Source: Candidatus Binatia bacterium
Lineage (GTDB): Bacteria > Desulfobacterota > Binatia > HRBIN30 > CADEER01
Direction of reading: 5' to 3'
Assembly: GCA_050176585.1 (NCBI GenBank)
Contig: JBFXHX010000021.1
Span: 1,172 to 65,171 of the forward strand
Length of the DNA: 64,000 nucleotides
Shown: piece after piece, positions 47,987 to 58,121 of the stretch
Layout of the letters: every line of letters starts with the position of its first letter
Position numbering within the stretch: the first letter of the stretch is position 1
Notes under the pieces: model-generated
Databases searched by the model: none
The model's input: only the letters and a program-made list of their open reading frames with translations
Told to the model about the DNA's origin: nothing
Made by a program: the position numbers and the translations under genes

Positions 47987-50900
47987 ATGAGATCTGCCCA
48001 TGAGCCCCAAGCCTGGCTCGACCGTAAATACCTGCTCGAGAAAGGCCTCATCTATTTGACCGGCCTGCAGGCGCTCGTGCGCCTGCCTATGGATCAGCAC
48101 CGGGCCGACCGCCGGACTGGACTGCACACCGCCACCTTCGTCTCGGGTTACCGGGGATCGCCTCTCGGCGGGCTCGATCGAGCCTTCGAATCCGCGGGAG
48201 GCATAGCGCGCGCACACCAGATCGTATTCGCGAATGGCGTGAACGAAGAGCTCGCGGCAACCGCCGTCGTCGGCAGTCAGATGGCGAGCATCTTCCCCGG
48301 CGCCAAGTACGATGGAGTGCTCGGCATGTGGTACGGCAAGGCGCCCGGCGTGGACCGCGCCGGTGATGCATTGCGACACGGCAACTTCGTCGGCGTGGGG
48401 AGTAACGGCGGCGTGCTCTGCATCGCCGGTGACGATCCCGCCTGCAAGTCGTCGACGCTGCCATCCGCCACGGAGCAGGTGTTCGTCGACGCCATGTTCC
48501 CCGTCCTCTACCCCGGCACCGTCCAGGAGGTCCTGGACCTCGGACGACATGGGTTCATGCTGTCTCGTTATTCGGGCCTCTGGGTCGGAATGAAAATAGT
48601 CTCGGACGTGGCCGACGAGGCCGCCACTGCCGAGGTTGCCCCGGAACGGGTCGCCCCCGTCTTCCCCTCCTTCGACGTAGGCGGTCGGCCGTTCCGGCCG
48701 CGCCTGAACCCGACCCTCCTGCCGCCGAGCACGCTGCACGCGGAACGCGAGATGATCTACGAGCGGCTGGAGGCGGCTCGCTTGTACGCACGCGCAAACG
48801 GTCTGAACCGCATCACCGTGGCACCTGCGTCCGCGCGGCTCGGAATCATCGCCGGCGGGAAAACGTACTACGATCTACGCCAGGCCCTGCGCACGCTCGG
48901 GCTGGACGAACCCGAGCTGCACCGCTTCGGCATCCGCCTCTTGCGCATGGGCCTGCTGCATCCCGTCGAGGGTGAGATCATGCGCGAGCTCGCTCGCGGC
49001 CTCGAGGAGGTCATCGTCGTCGAGGAGAAACGCCCGTATCTCGAGACCGCACTGCGCGATCTTCTGTACAGCGGTTCCGATCGGCCGCGGGTGGTCGGCA
49101 AGTGGGACGAGGAAGGCCGACCGCTCCTGCCGGCGGACGGCGCCCTCGATGTGGATACCATCGCCCGCGCCGTCGGCGGGCGGATCGCGCGCACCATGGC
49201 ACTGGAGAGCGTGCGGGTGCGGCTCGCCGAGCTCGACGCGGCACGGGCGCTCAGCGACGGCCCGATCCGCCGCGCGCCGTCGTTCTGCAGCGGCTGCCCA
49301 CATAATCGTTCTACGCTCGTGCCAGAGGGATCTCTCGCGGGCGGCGGCATCGGCTGCCACGGCATGGTGCTGTGGAAGAACCCGCAACATGTGGGGATCA
49401 CCCAGATGGGAGGTGAGGGAGCACAGTGGATCGGCATGGCGCCATTCACGGAAACCCCCCACTTCTTCCAAAACCTCGGCGACGGAACCCTCGCTCACTC
49501 CGCGAGCCTAGCGATCAATGCGAGCATCGCGGCCGGCGTCAACGTCACGTACAAGATCCTGTACAACTCCGCAGTGGCGATGACCGGCGGCCAAGAAGCC
49601 GCGGGGCTGCTCCCGATTCCCGAGCTGACGCGCTCGTTGGAGATCGCCGGCGTGCGAAAGATCATCATCACGGCGGAAGATCCGCGCCGCTACGCGGACG
49701 CCTCGCTCGCCGGAATCGCCGAGGTCTGGCACCGTGATCGCCTGGACGAGGCACAGCAGACGCTGCGCGACGTGACGGGCGTCAGCGTCTTGATTCACGA
49801 CCAGCGCTGCGCGGCCGAGAGCCGCCGGCTGCGCAAGCGGAAGAAGCTCGCCGAACCGGCGACCCGCGTCTACATCAACGAGGCGGTCTGCGAAGGCTGC
49901 GGCGATTGCGGCAAGAAGGCCAACTGTCTATCGCTCCATCCGGTCGAGACGGAGTTCGGCCGCAAGACGCAGGTGCACCAGTCCTCGTGCAATCAGGACT
50001 ACTCCTGCCTGCTGGGCGACTGTCCATCCTTCATCACGGTCGATGTGGAACCGGCGCGCTCCCCAGGGGCACGGCCGGCGGCGACGGTGGAACACTTTCT
50101 GCCAGCGCCCGTTGCGCGGGTGGACGCCGCGCGCGGCTACCGCGTCTTCATGGCCGGCATCGGCGGCACCGGCGTGGTGACCATCAACCAGATCCTCGGC
50201 ACCGCCGCCGCGCTGGAGGGTAAGCACGTGCGCTCGCTCGACCAAACCGGCCTGGCGCAGAAAGGCGGTCCGGTGGTGTCGAGCCTCCGCATCCTCGACC
50301 ACGACGAGGAGGCGAATAACTGCTTGGCGACCGGTGAGGCCGATCTCCTGCTCGTCTTCGATCTGGTGGTCGGCACGCAGGCGAAGAACCTCGCCAAGGC
50401 GCACCGGTCGCGCAGCGCGGCGGTGGTGAATACCGATATTGCGCCTACCGCCGCCATGATCGGCGACCCCGATGCCCCCCTCCCCACTAGTACGGACCTG
50501 ATCGCGACCCTTTCCGCAGTGAGCCGTCCGGACGCTCTGGTCTCCGTGCCAGCGAGTACGCTCGCCGAGGAGCTCTTTGGCGATCAACTGGCGACGAATA
50601 TGATCTTGGTCGGGGCCGCATATCAATCCGGTTGGCTCCCGCTCGCCGCTGCGTCGATCGAAGAAGCGATCCGCATCAACGGCGCCGCGGCGGAGATGAA
50701 CGTGCAGGCCTTCCGCTTGGGTCGCCGGCTGGTCATCGAGCCCACTGCGGCGGAGTCCGCGCTGCGCCAGCGCGACCAGGCGCTTCCGGCCACGCATTCC
50801 GCGGCCGCGCAGCGCGCGACGGAGATCGTCGAGCGCTGCGGCTTCGACGCGAAGCTTCGCGGCATCGCCGAAGTGCGGGCCCGCGAGCTCGCCGAGTATC

Positions 50901-51541
50901 AGAATTTCGACTGGGCGCGCCGCTATGTCGCGTTCGTCCAAGAGGTGGCACAGGTGGAGCGGCAGCGAGTGCCCGGTTCGACCCGGCTCAGCGAGGCCGT
51001 CGCCCGCTCCCTGTTCAAGCTGATGGCCTACAAGGACGAGTACGAAGTCGCCCGGCTGCACCTCCGCTCCGGAAGCCCAGAGGTCCTGCGGCGGCGCTTT
51101 CCCCGCGCGCGCCGCCTCCGTTGGCACCTCCACCCACCGTTGTTGCGGTCGATCGGCTTGCGCAAGAAGGTGGGCTTTGGCCCCTGGATCACTGGTGTGT
51201 TTCGCGGCTTGCACGCCATGCGGCATCTGCGCGGCAGTTGGCTCGATCCGTTCGGGCATACCGAGATGCGCCGGCTGGAACGGGCGCTGATCGACGAATA
51301 CCGGACGACCATCGCGACCCTCCTCCGCACGCTCAGTCCGGAGCATCACGACGGCGCGGTCGCGATCGCCGAGGCGGCGGAGCTGGTGCGCGGCTACGAA
51401 GAGGTGAAGATCGCGAACGTGACCCGCTACCGCCACACGGTGGCGGAGCTGATGAAGGGCTTCGCGGATCGCCGGCCGCCATCACCCGGCGTCCCTGGAC
51501 GCGTCCTGGCCCCGGCTACATCGGCATCGGAGTTGAGCTGA
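47987..51541 (+). CDS. Indolepyruvate:ferredoxin oxidoreductase family, fused alpha/beta type
   Basis: LTGLQALVR, SGYRGSPLG, NEELAATA, FCSGCPHN, GIGCH, NLGDGT, CEGCGDC...C, GIGGTGV, DQTGLAQKGG, KLMAYKDEYEVARL. Confidence 0.94.
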   Translation: MRSAHEPQAWLDRKYLLEKGLIYLTGLQALVRLPMDQHRADRRTGLHTATFVSGYRGSPLGGLDRAFESAGGIARAHQIVFANGVNEELAATAVVGSQMASIFPGAKYDGVLGMWYGKAPGVDRAGDALRHGNFVGVGSNGGVLCIAGDDPACKSSTLPSATEQVFVDAMFPVLYPGTVQEVLDLGRHGFMLSRYSGLWVGMKIVSDVADEAATAEVAPERVAPVFPSFDVGGRPFRPRLNPTLLPPSTLHAEREMIYERLEAARLYARANGLNRITVAPASARLGIIAGGKTYYDLRQALRTLGLDEPELHRFGIRLLRMGLLHPVEGEIMRELARGLEEVIVVEEKRPYLETALRDLLYSGSDRPRVVGKWDEEGRPLLPADGALDVDTIARAVGGRIARTMALESVRVRLAELDAARALSDGPIRRAPSFCSGCPHNRSTLVPEGSLAGGGIGCHGMVLWKNPQHVGITQMGGEGAQWIGMAPFTETPHFFQNLGDGTLAHSASLAINASIAAGVNVTYKILYNSAVAMTGGQEAAGLLPIPELTRSLEIAGVRKIIITAEDPRRYADASLAGIAEVWHRDRLDEAQQTLRDVTGVSVLIHDQRCAAESRRLRKRKKLAEPATRVYINEAVCEGCGDCGKKANCLSLHPVETEFGRKTQVHQSSCNQDYSCLLGDCPSFITVDVEPARSPGARPAATVEHFLPAPVARVDAARGYRVFMAGIGGTGVVTINQILGTAAALEGKHVRSLDQTGLAQKGGPVVSSLRILDHDEEANNCLATGEADLLLVFDLVVGTQAKNLAKAHRSRSAAVVNTDIAPTAAMIGDPDAPLPTSTDLIATLSAVSRPDALVSVPASTLAEELFGDQLATNMILVGAAYQSGWLPLAAASIEEAIRINGAAAEMNVQAFRLGRRLVIEPTAAESALRQRDQALPATHSAAAQRATEIVERCGFDAKLRGIAEVRARELAEYQNFDWARRYVAFVQEVAQVERQRVPGSTRLSEAVARSLFKLMAYKDEYEVARLHLRSGSPEVLRRRFPRARRLRWHLHPPLLRSIGLRKKVGFGPWITGVFRGLHAMRHLRGSWLDPFGHTEMRRLERALIDEYRTTIATLLRTLSPEHHDGAVAIAEAAELVRGYEEVKIANVTRYRHTVAELMKGFADRRPPSPGVPGRVLAPATSASELS

Positions 51542-51589
51542 GCAGCGCACGAGGCGTCTCGACGGGCAAATGCCAGAGCGGAGGTGACC

Positions 51590-52447
51590 ATGGCCGAAGT
51601 GGAGCACACGCTGGTGCAGCACGGCAGGTTTTCGAGCTGGCTGAACCGCGCGGGGCGCGGCCATTCCGATACGGTGCTGTTCCTCCACGGCTCGGGCCCC
51701 GGTGCAAGCGCGTGGTCGAACTGGATGTACGCGCTCCCGGCCTTCGGCCAGCGTTACGACACTTTGGCGCCGGACTGGATCGGCTTCGGGAAAAGCACGC
51801 ATCCGGATCCTCCCCCGGAGGGGCTCAGCGCGTGGTTGCGCGTCTGGCTGGACCAGATCGTCGACCTCCTCGACGCGCTCGGTATTCGCAAGACGCACGT
51901 CGTCGGCAACTCTCTCGGGGGCGCGCTCGCCCTGCACGCGGTCGCCGAGTATCCCGAGCGCTTCGGCAAGGTGGTGCTGATGGGACCGGCCGCCATGCCG
52001 ATGACGCTCACGCCAGAGCTCGACAAGATCTGGGGCTTTTACGACGACCCGTCGGTGACGCGCATGGCGCGGATGATCCGCTGGTTCGCTTTCGACGAAT
52101 CCGTCGTCGGTGACCGGCTGGACGAGATCGCGCGGATGCGCTTCGAGGCCGCGATGCAGCCCGACGTACGCCGTTCGTACACGTCGATGTTCCCGCCGCC
52201 CAGGCAGCGGCACATGGATGCGCTGGTCGTGCCGCCCGGCGATGTCCAGCGCATGCGCAACCCGGTGCTCCTCGTCTACGGCCGCGACGATCTCATCATT
52301 CCGATCGAGACCGGCATGCGACTCTTGCAAAGCCTGGGCGGAAATGCCCAGCTCCACGTATACGGCCGTTGCCGCCATTGGGTGCAGATCGAGCACCGCG
52401 AGAGCTTTCACCAACTGCTGATGAGTTTTCTCGACATGGAGGAGTGA
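51590..52447 (+). CDS. Meta-cleavage-product C-C hydrolase family (BphD/MhpC-like alpha/beta hydrolase)
   Basis: LHGSGPGA...SNW, GFGKS, VGNSLGG, GRDD, CRHWVQIE. Confidence 0.9.
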   Translation: MAEVEHTLVQHGRFSSWLNRAGRGHSDTVLFLHGSGPGASAWSNWMYALPAFGQRYDTLAPDWIGFGKSTHPDPPPEGLSAWLRVWLDQIVDLLDALGIRKTHVVGNSLGGALALHAVAEYPERFGKVVLMGPAAMPMTLTPELDKIWGFYDDPSVTRMARMIRWFAFDESVVGDRLDEIARMRFEAAMQPDVRRSYTSMFPPPRQRHMDALVVPPGDVQRMRNPVLLVYGRDDLIIPIETGMRLLQSLGGNAQLHVYGRCRHWVQIEHRESFHQLLMSFLDMEE

Positions 52448-52487
52448 CTGCGAGTAGAGAGAAGCCGACACGCTGCGCGGTGATCCC

Positions 52488-53663
52488 GTGAAACCGATGA
52501 CGGACGTCCTTCGCACCGAGGCGCGCCGGTTTAAGTGCTGCACGAGCTTGGCAATCGCGCTGGTCGGCGCCGCCGCGCTGGCTGGCTGCCATCGCAGCGA
52601 GGCCTGGACGATGCCCGTGCGGGACATCGAGCCGCGGGACGCGTTTTACGATATCGCGCGGACTCCGGATGGCGCGGTGGTGATCGCCGGCCGCTACGGG
52701 AAGCTGTTGCGCAGCACGGACTTCGGCGCGCACTGGCAACCCATCTCCACCGGAATGCAGGAGCCGTTGTTCAGCGTCGCGTTCGCCGAGCGCGGTCGGG
52801 GCGTCGCTGTCGGCGCCCATGGCCTGCTGCTCGAGAGCACCGATGGCGGAGAAACCTGGGCGCGGCGCGACTCCGGCACCGAACGAGATCTGCTCAGGGT
52901 GCGGTTCACCGCGCCGCGCACCGGCTACATACTCGGCGAATTCGGCACGCTGCTGCGAAGCACGGACGGGGGCGCGACGTGGAATCCGCTGGAGTTGCGC
53001 TGGGACGAGGTGCTGCCCGAGCTCACGGAGGCACTCGGGACCGTCGAGCCGCACTTGTACGACGTCGCCTCCTGGGGCGGTTTCCGCGCGGTGCTGGTCG
53101 GCGAATACGGGCTGGTTCTCGCGACGGAAGACGGCGGCCTGACGTGGGAGAGGCGCCACGGCGGCGGTGTGTTCGATCCGCATTTGTTCGCCGTCGCGTG
53201 CACCAGAAGCGCGACCGTGCTCGTCACCGGTCAAGGCGGCCAGATCTTCGTCACGACCGATCGCGGCACGAGCTGGCGCGAGCAGCGCGCCACCGGGAGC
53301 GATATTTACGCGTTGATCCCCATTGAAGCGCGCTCGATGGTACTCGCCGTCGGCGACCTCGCCACCGTTCTGCGCTCCGAGTGGCCCGGCGACTCGGGCA
53401 CCTGGCACAGCGTGGTGACGGTTGACTACGGCGCCGGACCGGGCTGGTTCGCGCGCGGCTTGTGGATCAACTCTCGGCTCCTGGTCGTGGGCCGAGCGGG
53501 CGTCCAGCGCTACACGGTGGGAGACGTCACGCCGCCGGAAGGACAGCAGATCGCCGAACGTCAGTCGAAGGGGATCCCGGTGCGCGCGGAGATGTCGCGC
53601 AGGTCGTCCACGACCGCGCGCAGCAGCGGGATGCCGGTCACCGCGCGCTCGGCCTCGCTCTGA
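52488..53663 (+). CDS. YCF48/BNR-repeat beta-propeller lipoprotein
   Basis: Lipobox LAGC, repeated G..G.LL.S/T.DGG.TW Asp-boxes. Confidence 0.85.
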   Translation: MKPMTDVLRTEARRFKCCTSLAIALVGAAALAGCHRSEAWTMPVRDIEPRDAFYDIARTPDGAVVIAGRYGKLLRSTDFGAHWQPISTGMQEPLFSVAFAERGRGVAVGAHGLLLESTDGGETWARRDSGTERDLLRVRFTAPRTGYILGEFGTLLRSTDGGATWNPLELRWDEVLPELTEALGTVEPHLYDVASWGGFRAVLVGEYGLVLATEDGGLTWERRHGGGVFDPHLFAVACTRSATVLVTGQGGQIFVTTDRGTSWREQRATGSDIYALIPIEARSMVLAVGDLATVLRSEWPGDSGTWHSVVTVDYGAGPGWFARGLWINSRLLVVGRAGVQRYTVGDVTPPEGQQIAERQSKGIPVRAEMSRRSSTTARSSGMPVTARSASL

Positions 53664-54643
53664 CGCTCTGGATCGCCGGGAATCAGCGGCCCGTTCGTAC
53701 CGGGCGCCGGCCGCGTCGCGCGAAAGGTGCGGATCCAGTCGTCGATCTGCCGCTTGAACTCCTCCGGTTCGATGAAGCCGTCGATCCGCAGTGCGCCGAA
53801 GAAATGGCCGATGCCCTTGCCGACGCTGCGCGCCGGTATCTCATAGCGCAGCGCGAACGGCGGGGTGAACGGGCCCCAGTTGGCCCCACTCAGCACGCCA
53901 CAGAGCACGTCGACCATGGCCGCCAGCGCATAGCCCTTGTGTCCCGAGCGCTCGCGGTCGCTCCCCAGCGGCAGCAGCGCGCCGCCCTCGACCATCGCCT
54001 GCGGGCTGGTCGTGACGCGGCCGTCGCGATCGATGGCCCACCCCGACGGAATTTGCTCGCCGCGGCGCTGCGCGATCTCGATCTTGCCGAATGCCGCCGC
54101 GCAGGTGGCCATATCGATGACGATCGGCGGTTCTTCGTGCCCGGGAAATGCGATGGCGATCGGGTTCGTACCGAGCATTCGCTCGGCGCCCCAGAGCGGC
54201 GCGACGAGGCTCGTCGAATTCGTCATGGACCAGCCGATGAGATCGCGCTGGAGCGCTTCCAGCACGTAATAGCCGGCGATGCCGTAGTGATTGGTATTGC
54301 GCACGCCCACCCAGCCAGATCCGACGCGCTCCGCCTTGTCCATCGCGATCGCGTTGGCGCGCGGACCGATCACCAGGCCGAGGCCGTTGTCTCCGTCGAC
54401 GGTCGCCGTGCTCGGCGTTTCGCGATCAATCCGCAGCTGCGGCCGCGGATTGATCCGTCCCATCTCGAGCAGGTCGAAGTACGTGCGCAAGCGCGCCACG
54501 CCATGCGAGTCGATGCCGCGCAGGTCGGCGCACAGCAAGACGTCGGCGGCCAGCGCGGCGTCTCCGGTGGGCACGTCGAAGTGGCGAAAGACGGCGGTCG
54601 CAAACTCGCGGAGTCGCTCCGCGGGATACCAACGCAGATCCAT
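53561..54643 (-). CDS. Ldh_2 family oxidoreductase (malate/L-lactate/ureidoglycolate DH type 2)
   Basis: ADLRGIDSHGV, NTNHYG.AG.Y, GTNPIA, DMAT, GHKGYAL, PGDPE. Confidence 0.93.
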   Translation of the reverse strand: MDLRWYPAERLREFATAVFRHFDVPTGDAALAADVLLCADLRGIDSHGVARLRTYFDLLEMGRINPRPQLRIDRETPSTATVDGDNGLGLVIGPRANAIAMDKAERVGSGWVGVRNTNHYGIAGYYVLEALQRDLIGWSMTNSTSLVAPLWGAERMLGTNPIAIAFPGHEEPPIVIDMATCAAAFGKIEIAQRRGEQIPSGWAIDRDGRVTTSPQAMVEGGALLPLGSDRERSGHKGYALAAMVDVLCGVLSGANWGPFTPPFALRYEIPARSVGKGIGHFFGALRIDGFIEPEEFKRQIDDWIRTFRATRPAPGTNGPLIPGDPERQSEAERAVTGIPLLRAVVDDLRDISARTGIPFD

Positions 54644-54713
54644 GTGCTATCCGACGGGCGCTCGCCCGGCCGCCCACCGCCTATCGGCCAAGCGGACCGA
54701 GCCGGCGCCGCGA

Positions 54714-55931
54714 TCACGCGGTCAGCTGCCGCGCCACCCAGAGTGCGTAATCGCGATTGTGTCCCTCGAGCTTGCTGTACTTGCCGCTGGTCGCATGCTC
54801 GCTCTCGAGACCGCGCTGCACGGCGGCGCAGACTCGGGTGTCCTCGCCGTTGAAGAGTTCGGCGTACTTTTCAATCTCGCCGAGCTTTTGGGTGAACTCC
54901 GGGTCCTCGAGCACGTGCGGCGGTACCATGTACTCGAGCGTCATGTGGAGCCGGCCAGGGCCGAGCGGGAACACGCGCATGTACAGGCCGAGATCGGGGC
55001 TCGGGAACACCCAGAAGTTGGGCAAGACATAGAAGAGGCACAGGTTCAGCCGCTGGTTCTCGGTCAGTCCGGTGAGCGGCTTGAACAGCGTCCTGATCAC
55101 CGGCAGTCCGTCTGGCCCGGTGACGATGTTGTTTTCACCGGCGCGGCACCAGATCAGCGTGTAGTGGCCGTTGTTCGGCGAGTCCCAGGCCCCGAGCCCG
55201 GGATAATCCCGCTCGAACGTGCCGCGGTGAATGCCGATATGGTGATAGCAGTCCCCGTTGTCCTGAAAGACCTTCCAGTCCCACGGCAGCTCGCCGAAGT
55301 CCTGGCTCTTCACGACCCTCCACTCGGGAAGGTTGAACTCCTTGAGCTCCGCCGCAAGCGGCGCGAGCCGCGGCTCCAGCGGCTCTGCGTGTCCATCCAA
55401 GTTGACGTACACGAATCCCTGCCACACTTCGTGGCGGATCGACGCCAACCGAATGTCCGCCTTGTCGAAGCCGGGGGTCTCATCCATGCCGGGCGCGCCG
55501 CGCAGCGTGCCATCGAGGTTGTACACCCACGCATGGTACGGACAGGTAAGCCATTTGGCGTTGCCGCTGCCGGTGCAGACTTCCATCCACCGGTGCCGGC
55601 AGACGCGGGACAGGACCCGCAGCTCCCCATCGCGGTCGCGCAGCATGACCAGCGGCTCGCCCACGACGTCGGCGGTCAGGTAATCCCCCGGCTTGGACAC
55701 TTGGTCGGCGCGTCCGATCAGGACCCAGCCCGCCCGGAAGATTTTCTCCTTTTCGAGCTCGAAGATCTCTGGCGAGCGGAACGCGTGCGGCGGGAGCGAC
55801 TGCCACTCCGCGTTGCCGCTCTCGACCATGGCGCGCATCGCTTCCAGGGTCGCCTCGGTTTCGGCTGAATACGCACGGCCGGCGCGCGCCGGCGCAGTCG
55901 CAGCCGAGGTCGCGACAGAGGCACGAGACAT
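54714..55931 (-). CDS. Rieske non-heme iron oxygenase alpha subunit (1)
   Basis: CRHR...CPYHAW Rieske motif; DCYHHIGIH and ED...VQ mononuclear Fe ligands. Confidence 0.92.
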   Translation of the reverse strand: MSRASVATSAATAPARAGRAYSAETEATLEAMRAMVESGNAEWQSLPPHAFRSPEIFELEKEKIFRAGWVLIGRADQVSKPGDYLTADVVGEPLVMLRDRDGELRVLSRVCRHRWMEVCTGSGNAKWLTCPYHAWVYNLDGTLRGAPGMDETPGFDKADIRLASIRHEVWQGFVYVNLDGHAEPLEPRLAPLAAELKEFNLPEWRVVKSQDFGELPWDWKVFQDNGDCYHHIGIHRGTFERDYPGLGAWDSPNNGHYTLIWCRAGENNIVTGPDGLPVIRTLFKPLTGLTENQRLNLCLFYVLPNFWVFPSPDLGLYMRVFPLGPGRLHMTLEYMVPPHVLEDPEFTQKLGEIEKYAELFNGEDTRVCAAVQRGLESEHATSGKYSKLEGHNRDYALWVARQLTA

Positions 55932-55971
55932 CGGGTTCTCCCTTGTGAGTGGGTGCTCGGCCGCTGCCAGC

Positions 55972-56733
55972 TCAAATGATGGTGCGGCCGCCGTCGACCA
56001 ACAGCGTATGGCCGACGACCATGCTCGCCTCCGGCGACGCCAGGTACAGGACGGCTGGCACCAGCTCGGAGAGCTTGCCAATGCGTCCGACGGGCACGCC
56101 GGCGAGCGTGGCGGCCAAATTTTCGGGCACCGACATGTATTCGGCGACCATCGGCGTGTCGAAATCGCAAGGCGCGACCGCATTGACGTGCACGCCGGAT
56201 TTCACCAACTCGACCGCGAACACCTTCGTGATGGCCACCACGCCGGCCTTGCTGGCGCAGTATGCCACCTCTGTCGGCACGGCGTTGAATGCGTCGACCG
56301 AGGCGATGTTGACGATCCGGCCATAACCCCGGTGCGCCATCGCCTTGCCCACCTCGCGGCAGTACAGGAACGTGCCGGTGAGATTGGTCGCGATGGTGTC
56401 GTCCCAGTCGTCGTCGCTGGTCTCGATGGCGGGCACAAAGCGGACGATGCCGGCGGAATTGACCAGGATGTCGATCTGCCCGAAGCGGTCGAGCGTCGCC
56501 TTCGTGGAGCTGCGCACGTCTTCGCGCCGGCGGACATCGGCGCGCAGCCCGAGCGCGCCCACGCCTTCGGCGGCGATCGCGTCACGCACGCGGGCGAGCC
56601 GCGTTTCATCGCGCCCGACCACGGCGACGTTCGCGCCGGCTTTCGCCAGGCCGAGCGCGACCGCTTCACCGATGCCGCTGGTGGCGCCCGTCACGAGCGC
56701 AGTCTGCCCAGAGAAGTTGAATGTGATAGCCAC
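55972..56733 (-). CDS. Short-chain dehydrogenase/reductase
   Basis: TGATSGIG, VNSAG, YCASK, VDGG. Confidence 0.94.
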   Translation of the reverse strand: MAITFNFSGQTALVTGATSGIGEAVALGLAKAGANVAVVGRDETRLARVRDAIAAEGVGALGLRADVRRREDVRSSTKATLDRFGQIDILVNSAGIVRFVPAIETSDDDWDDTIATNLTGTFLYCREVGKAMAHRGYGRIVNIASVDAFNAVPTEVAYCASKAGVVAITKVFAVELVKSGVHVNAVAPCDFDTPMVAEYMSVPENLAATLAGVPVGRIGKLSELVPAVLYLASPEASMVVGHTLLVDGGRTII

Positions 56734-56922
56734 TGTGGGATCTCCGTGATTCTCGCGGCCACAGGCCCGGCGATAGATGAGCGAAGGCCTCGTAGCAGGT
56801 GCCGCGTCGCTCGGTCAATATCGATATCCACCGCCGGTCCGCCACTCGGGCGGGCCCTGGGCGGCGCACGCTTCCGCGGTGGGGGTGTGGCCACGCAACA
56901 ACGGACAGTCTATCTACGCACC

Positions 56923-58119
56923 ATGCCGTCGACGAAAACGCAGGTTCTGGCCGGTGTGCGCGTTCTCGAGCTCGGACAGCTCATCGCAGGACCGTTTTGC
57001 GGGAAGATTCTCGGCGAGTTCGGCGCCGACGTGATCAAGATCGAGCCACCCGGCCAGGGCGATCCGCTCCGCGCATGGCGCATGCTGAAAGACGGAACGT
57101 CGGTATGGTGGCAGGTGCAGTCGCGCAACAAGCGCTCGGTGACCCTCGACCTGCGCTCTCCCGAAGGGCAGGACGTCTGCCGCGCCCTGGCGGGCGAGGC
57201 GGATGTGCTGATCGAGAACTTCCGCCCCGGCACGCTCGAGGGCTGGGGGCTCGGCTGGGAGCAACTCTCGGCGCTCAACCCGAACCTCGTGATGCTGCGC
57301 CTCTCCGGCTATGGACAGGACGGTCCGTACCGCGATCGGCCGGGTTTCGGCGTGATCGGCGAAGCGATGGGCGGGCTGCGCTATCTCACGGGTGAACCGG
57401 GCCGCGTGCCGGTGCGGGTGGGCGTCAGCATCGGCGATACGATTGCCGCGCTGCACGGCGCGATCGGCGTGCTCCTGGCCCTCTATCATCGCAAGGTCAA
57501 CGGGGGCCCGGGCCAGGTGATCGACGTCGCGTTGTACGAGGCGGTGTTCAACTGCATGGAGAGCTTGCTGCCCGAATACAGCGCGTTCGGAGCAATCCGC
57601 GAGCCCGCCGGCAGCGCGTTGCCCGGTATCGCCCCCAGCAACGCGTATGCGTGCGCCGACGGACACGTGCTCATCGGCGGCAACGGCGACAGCATCTTCA
57701 AGCGGCTCATGCAGGTGATCGGGAGACAGGACCTCGGCGCGGATCCGGGTCTCGGCACGAATGACGGCCGCGTCGCCCGCGTCGGCGAGATCGACGCCGC
57801 GATCAGCGCTTGGACGCAGAGCCGCGGCGTGACGGAGGTGCTCGACCACCTCAATGCGGCGCACGTCCCCTGCGGCCGCATCTACTCGGCGAAAGACATC
57901 GCCGAGGACCCGCATTACCGCGCACGCGACATGATTTGCCGCGTCACCACGCGCGACGGCTATGAGCTCGACGTGCCCGGCATCGTGCCCAAGCTGTCCG
58001 CGACCCCGGGAGAGATCCGCCACGCGGCGCCCGCGCTGGGCGCCGATACAGACGCCGTGCTCAGCGAGCTCGTCGGCTGCGACGCGCTCGCGGCACTGCG
58101 CGCCAAGAAGGTCGTATAG
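56923..58119 (+). CDS. CaiB/BaiF family III CoA-transferase
   Basis: LELGQLIAGPF, GADVIKIE, RNKRS, ENFRPG, SGYGQDGPY, SIGD. Confidence 0.95.
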   Translation: MPSTKTQVLAGVRVLELGQLIAGPFCGKILGEFGADVIKIEPPGQGDPLRAWRMLKDGTSVWWQVQSRNKRSVTLDLRSPEGQDVCRALAGEADVLIENFRPGTLEGWGLGWEQLSALNPNLVMLRLSGYGQDGPYRDRPGFGVIGEAMGGLRYLTGEPGRVPVRVGVSIGDTIAALHGAIGVLLALYHRKVNGGPGQVIDVALYEAVFNCMESLLPEYSAFGAIREPAGSALPGIAPSNAYACADGHVLIGGNGDSIFKRLMQVIGRQDLGADPGLGTNDGRVARVGEIDAAISAWTQSRGVTEVLDHLNAAHVPCGRIYSAKDIAEDPHYRARDMICRVTTRDGYELDVPGIVPKLSATPGEIRHAAPALGADTDAVLSELVGCDALAALRAKKVV

Positions 58120-58121
58120 TG

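Noticed and set aside
55693-56922. Apparent 410-aa N-terminal extension of the CoA-transferase
   Set aside because: Overlaps the SDR and Rieske genes on the other strand; the real start is ATG 56923
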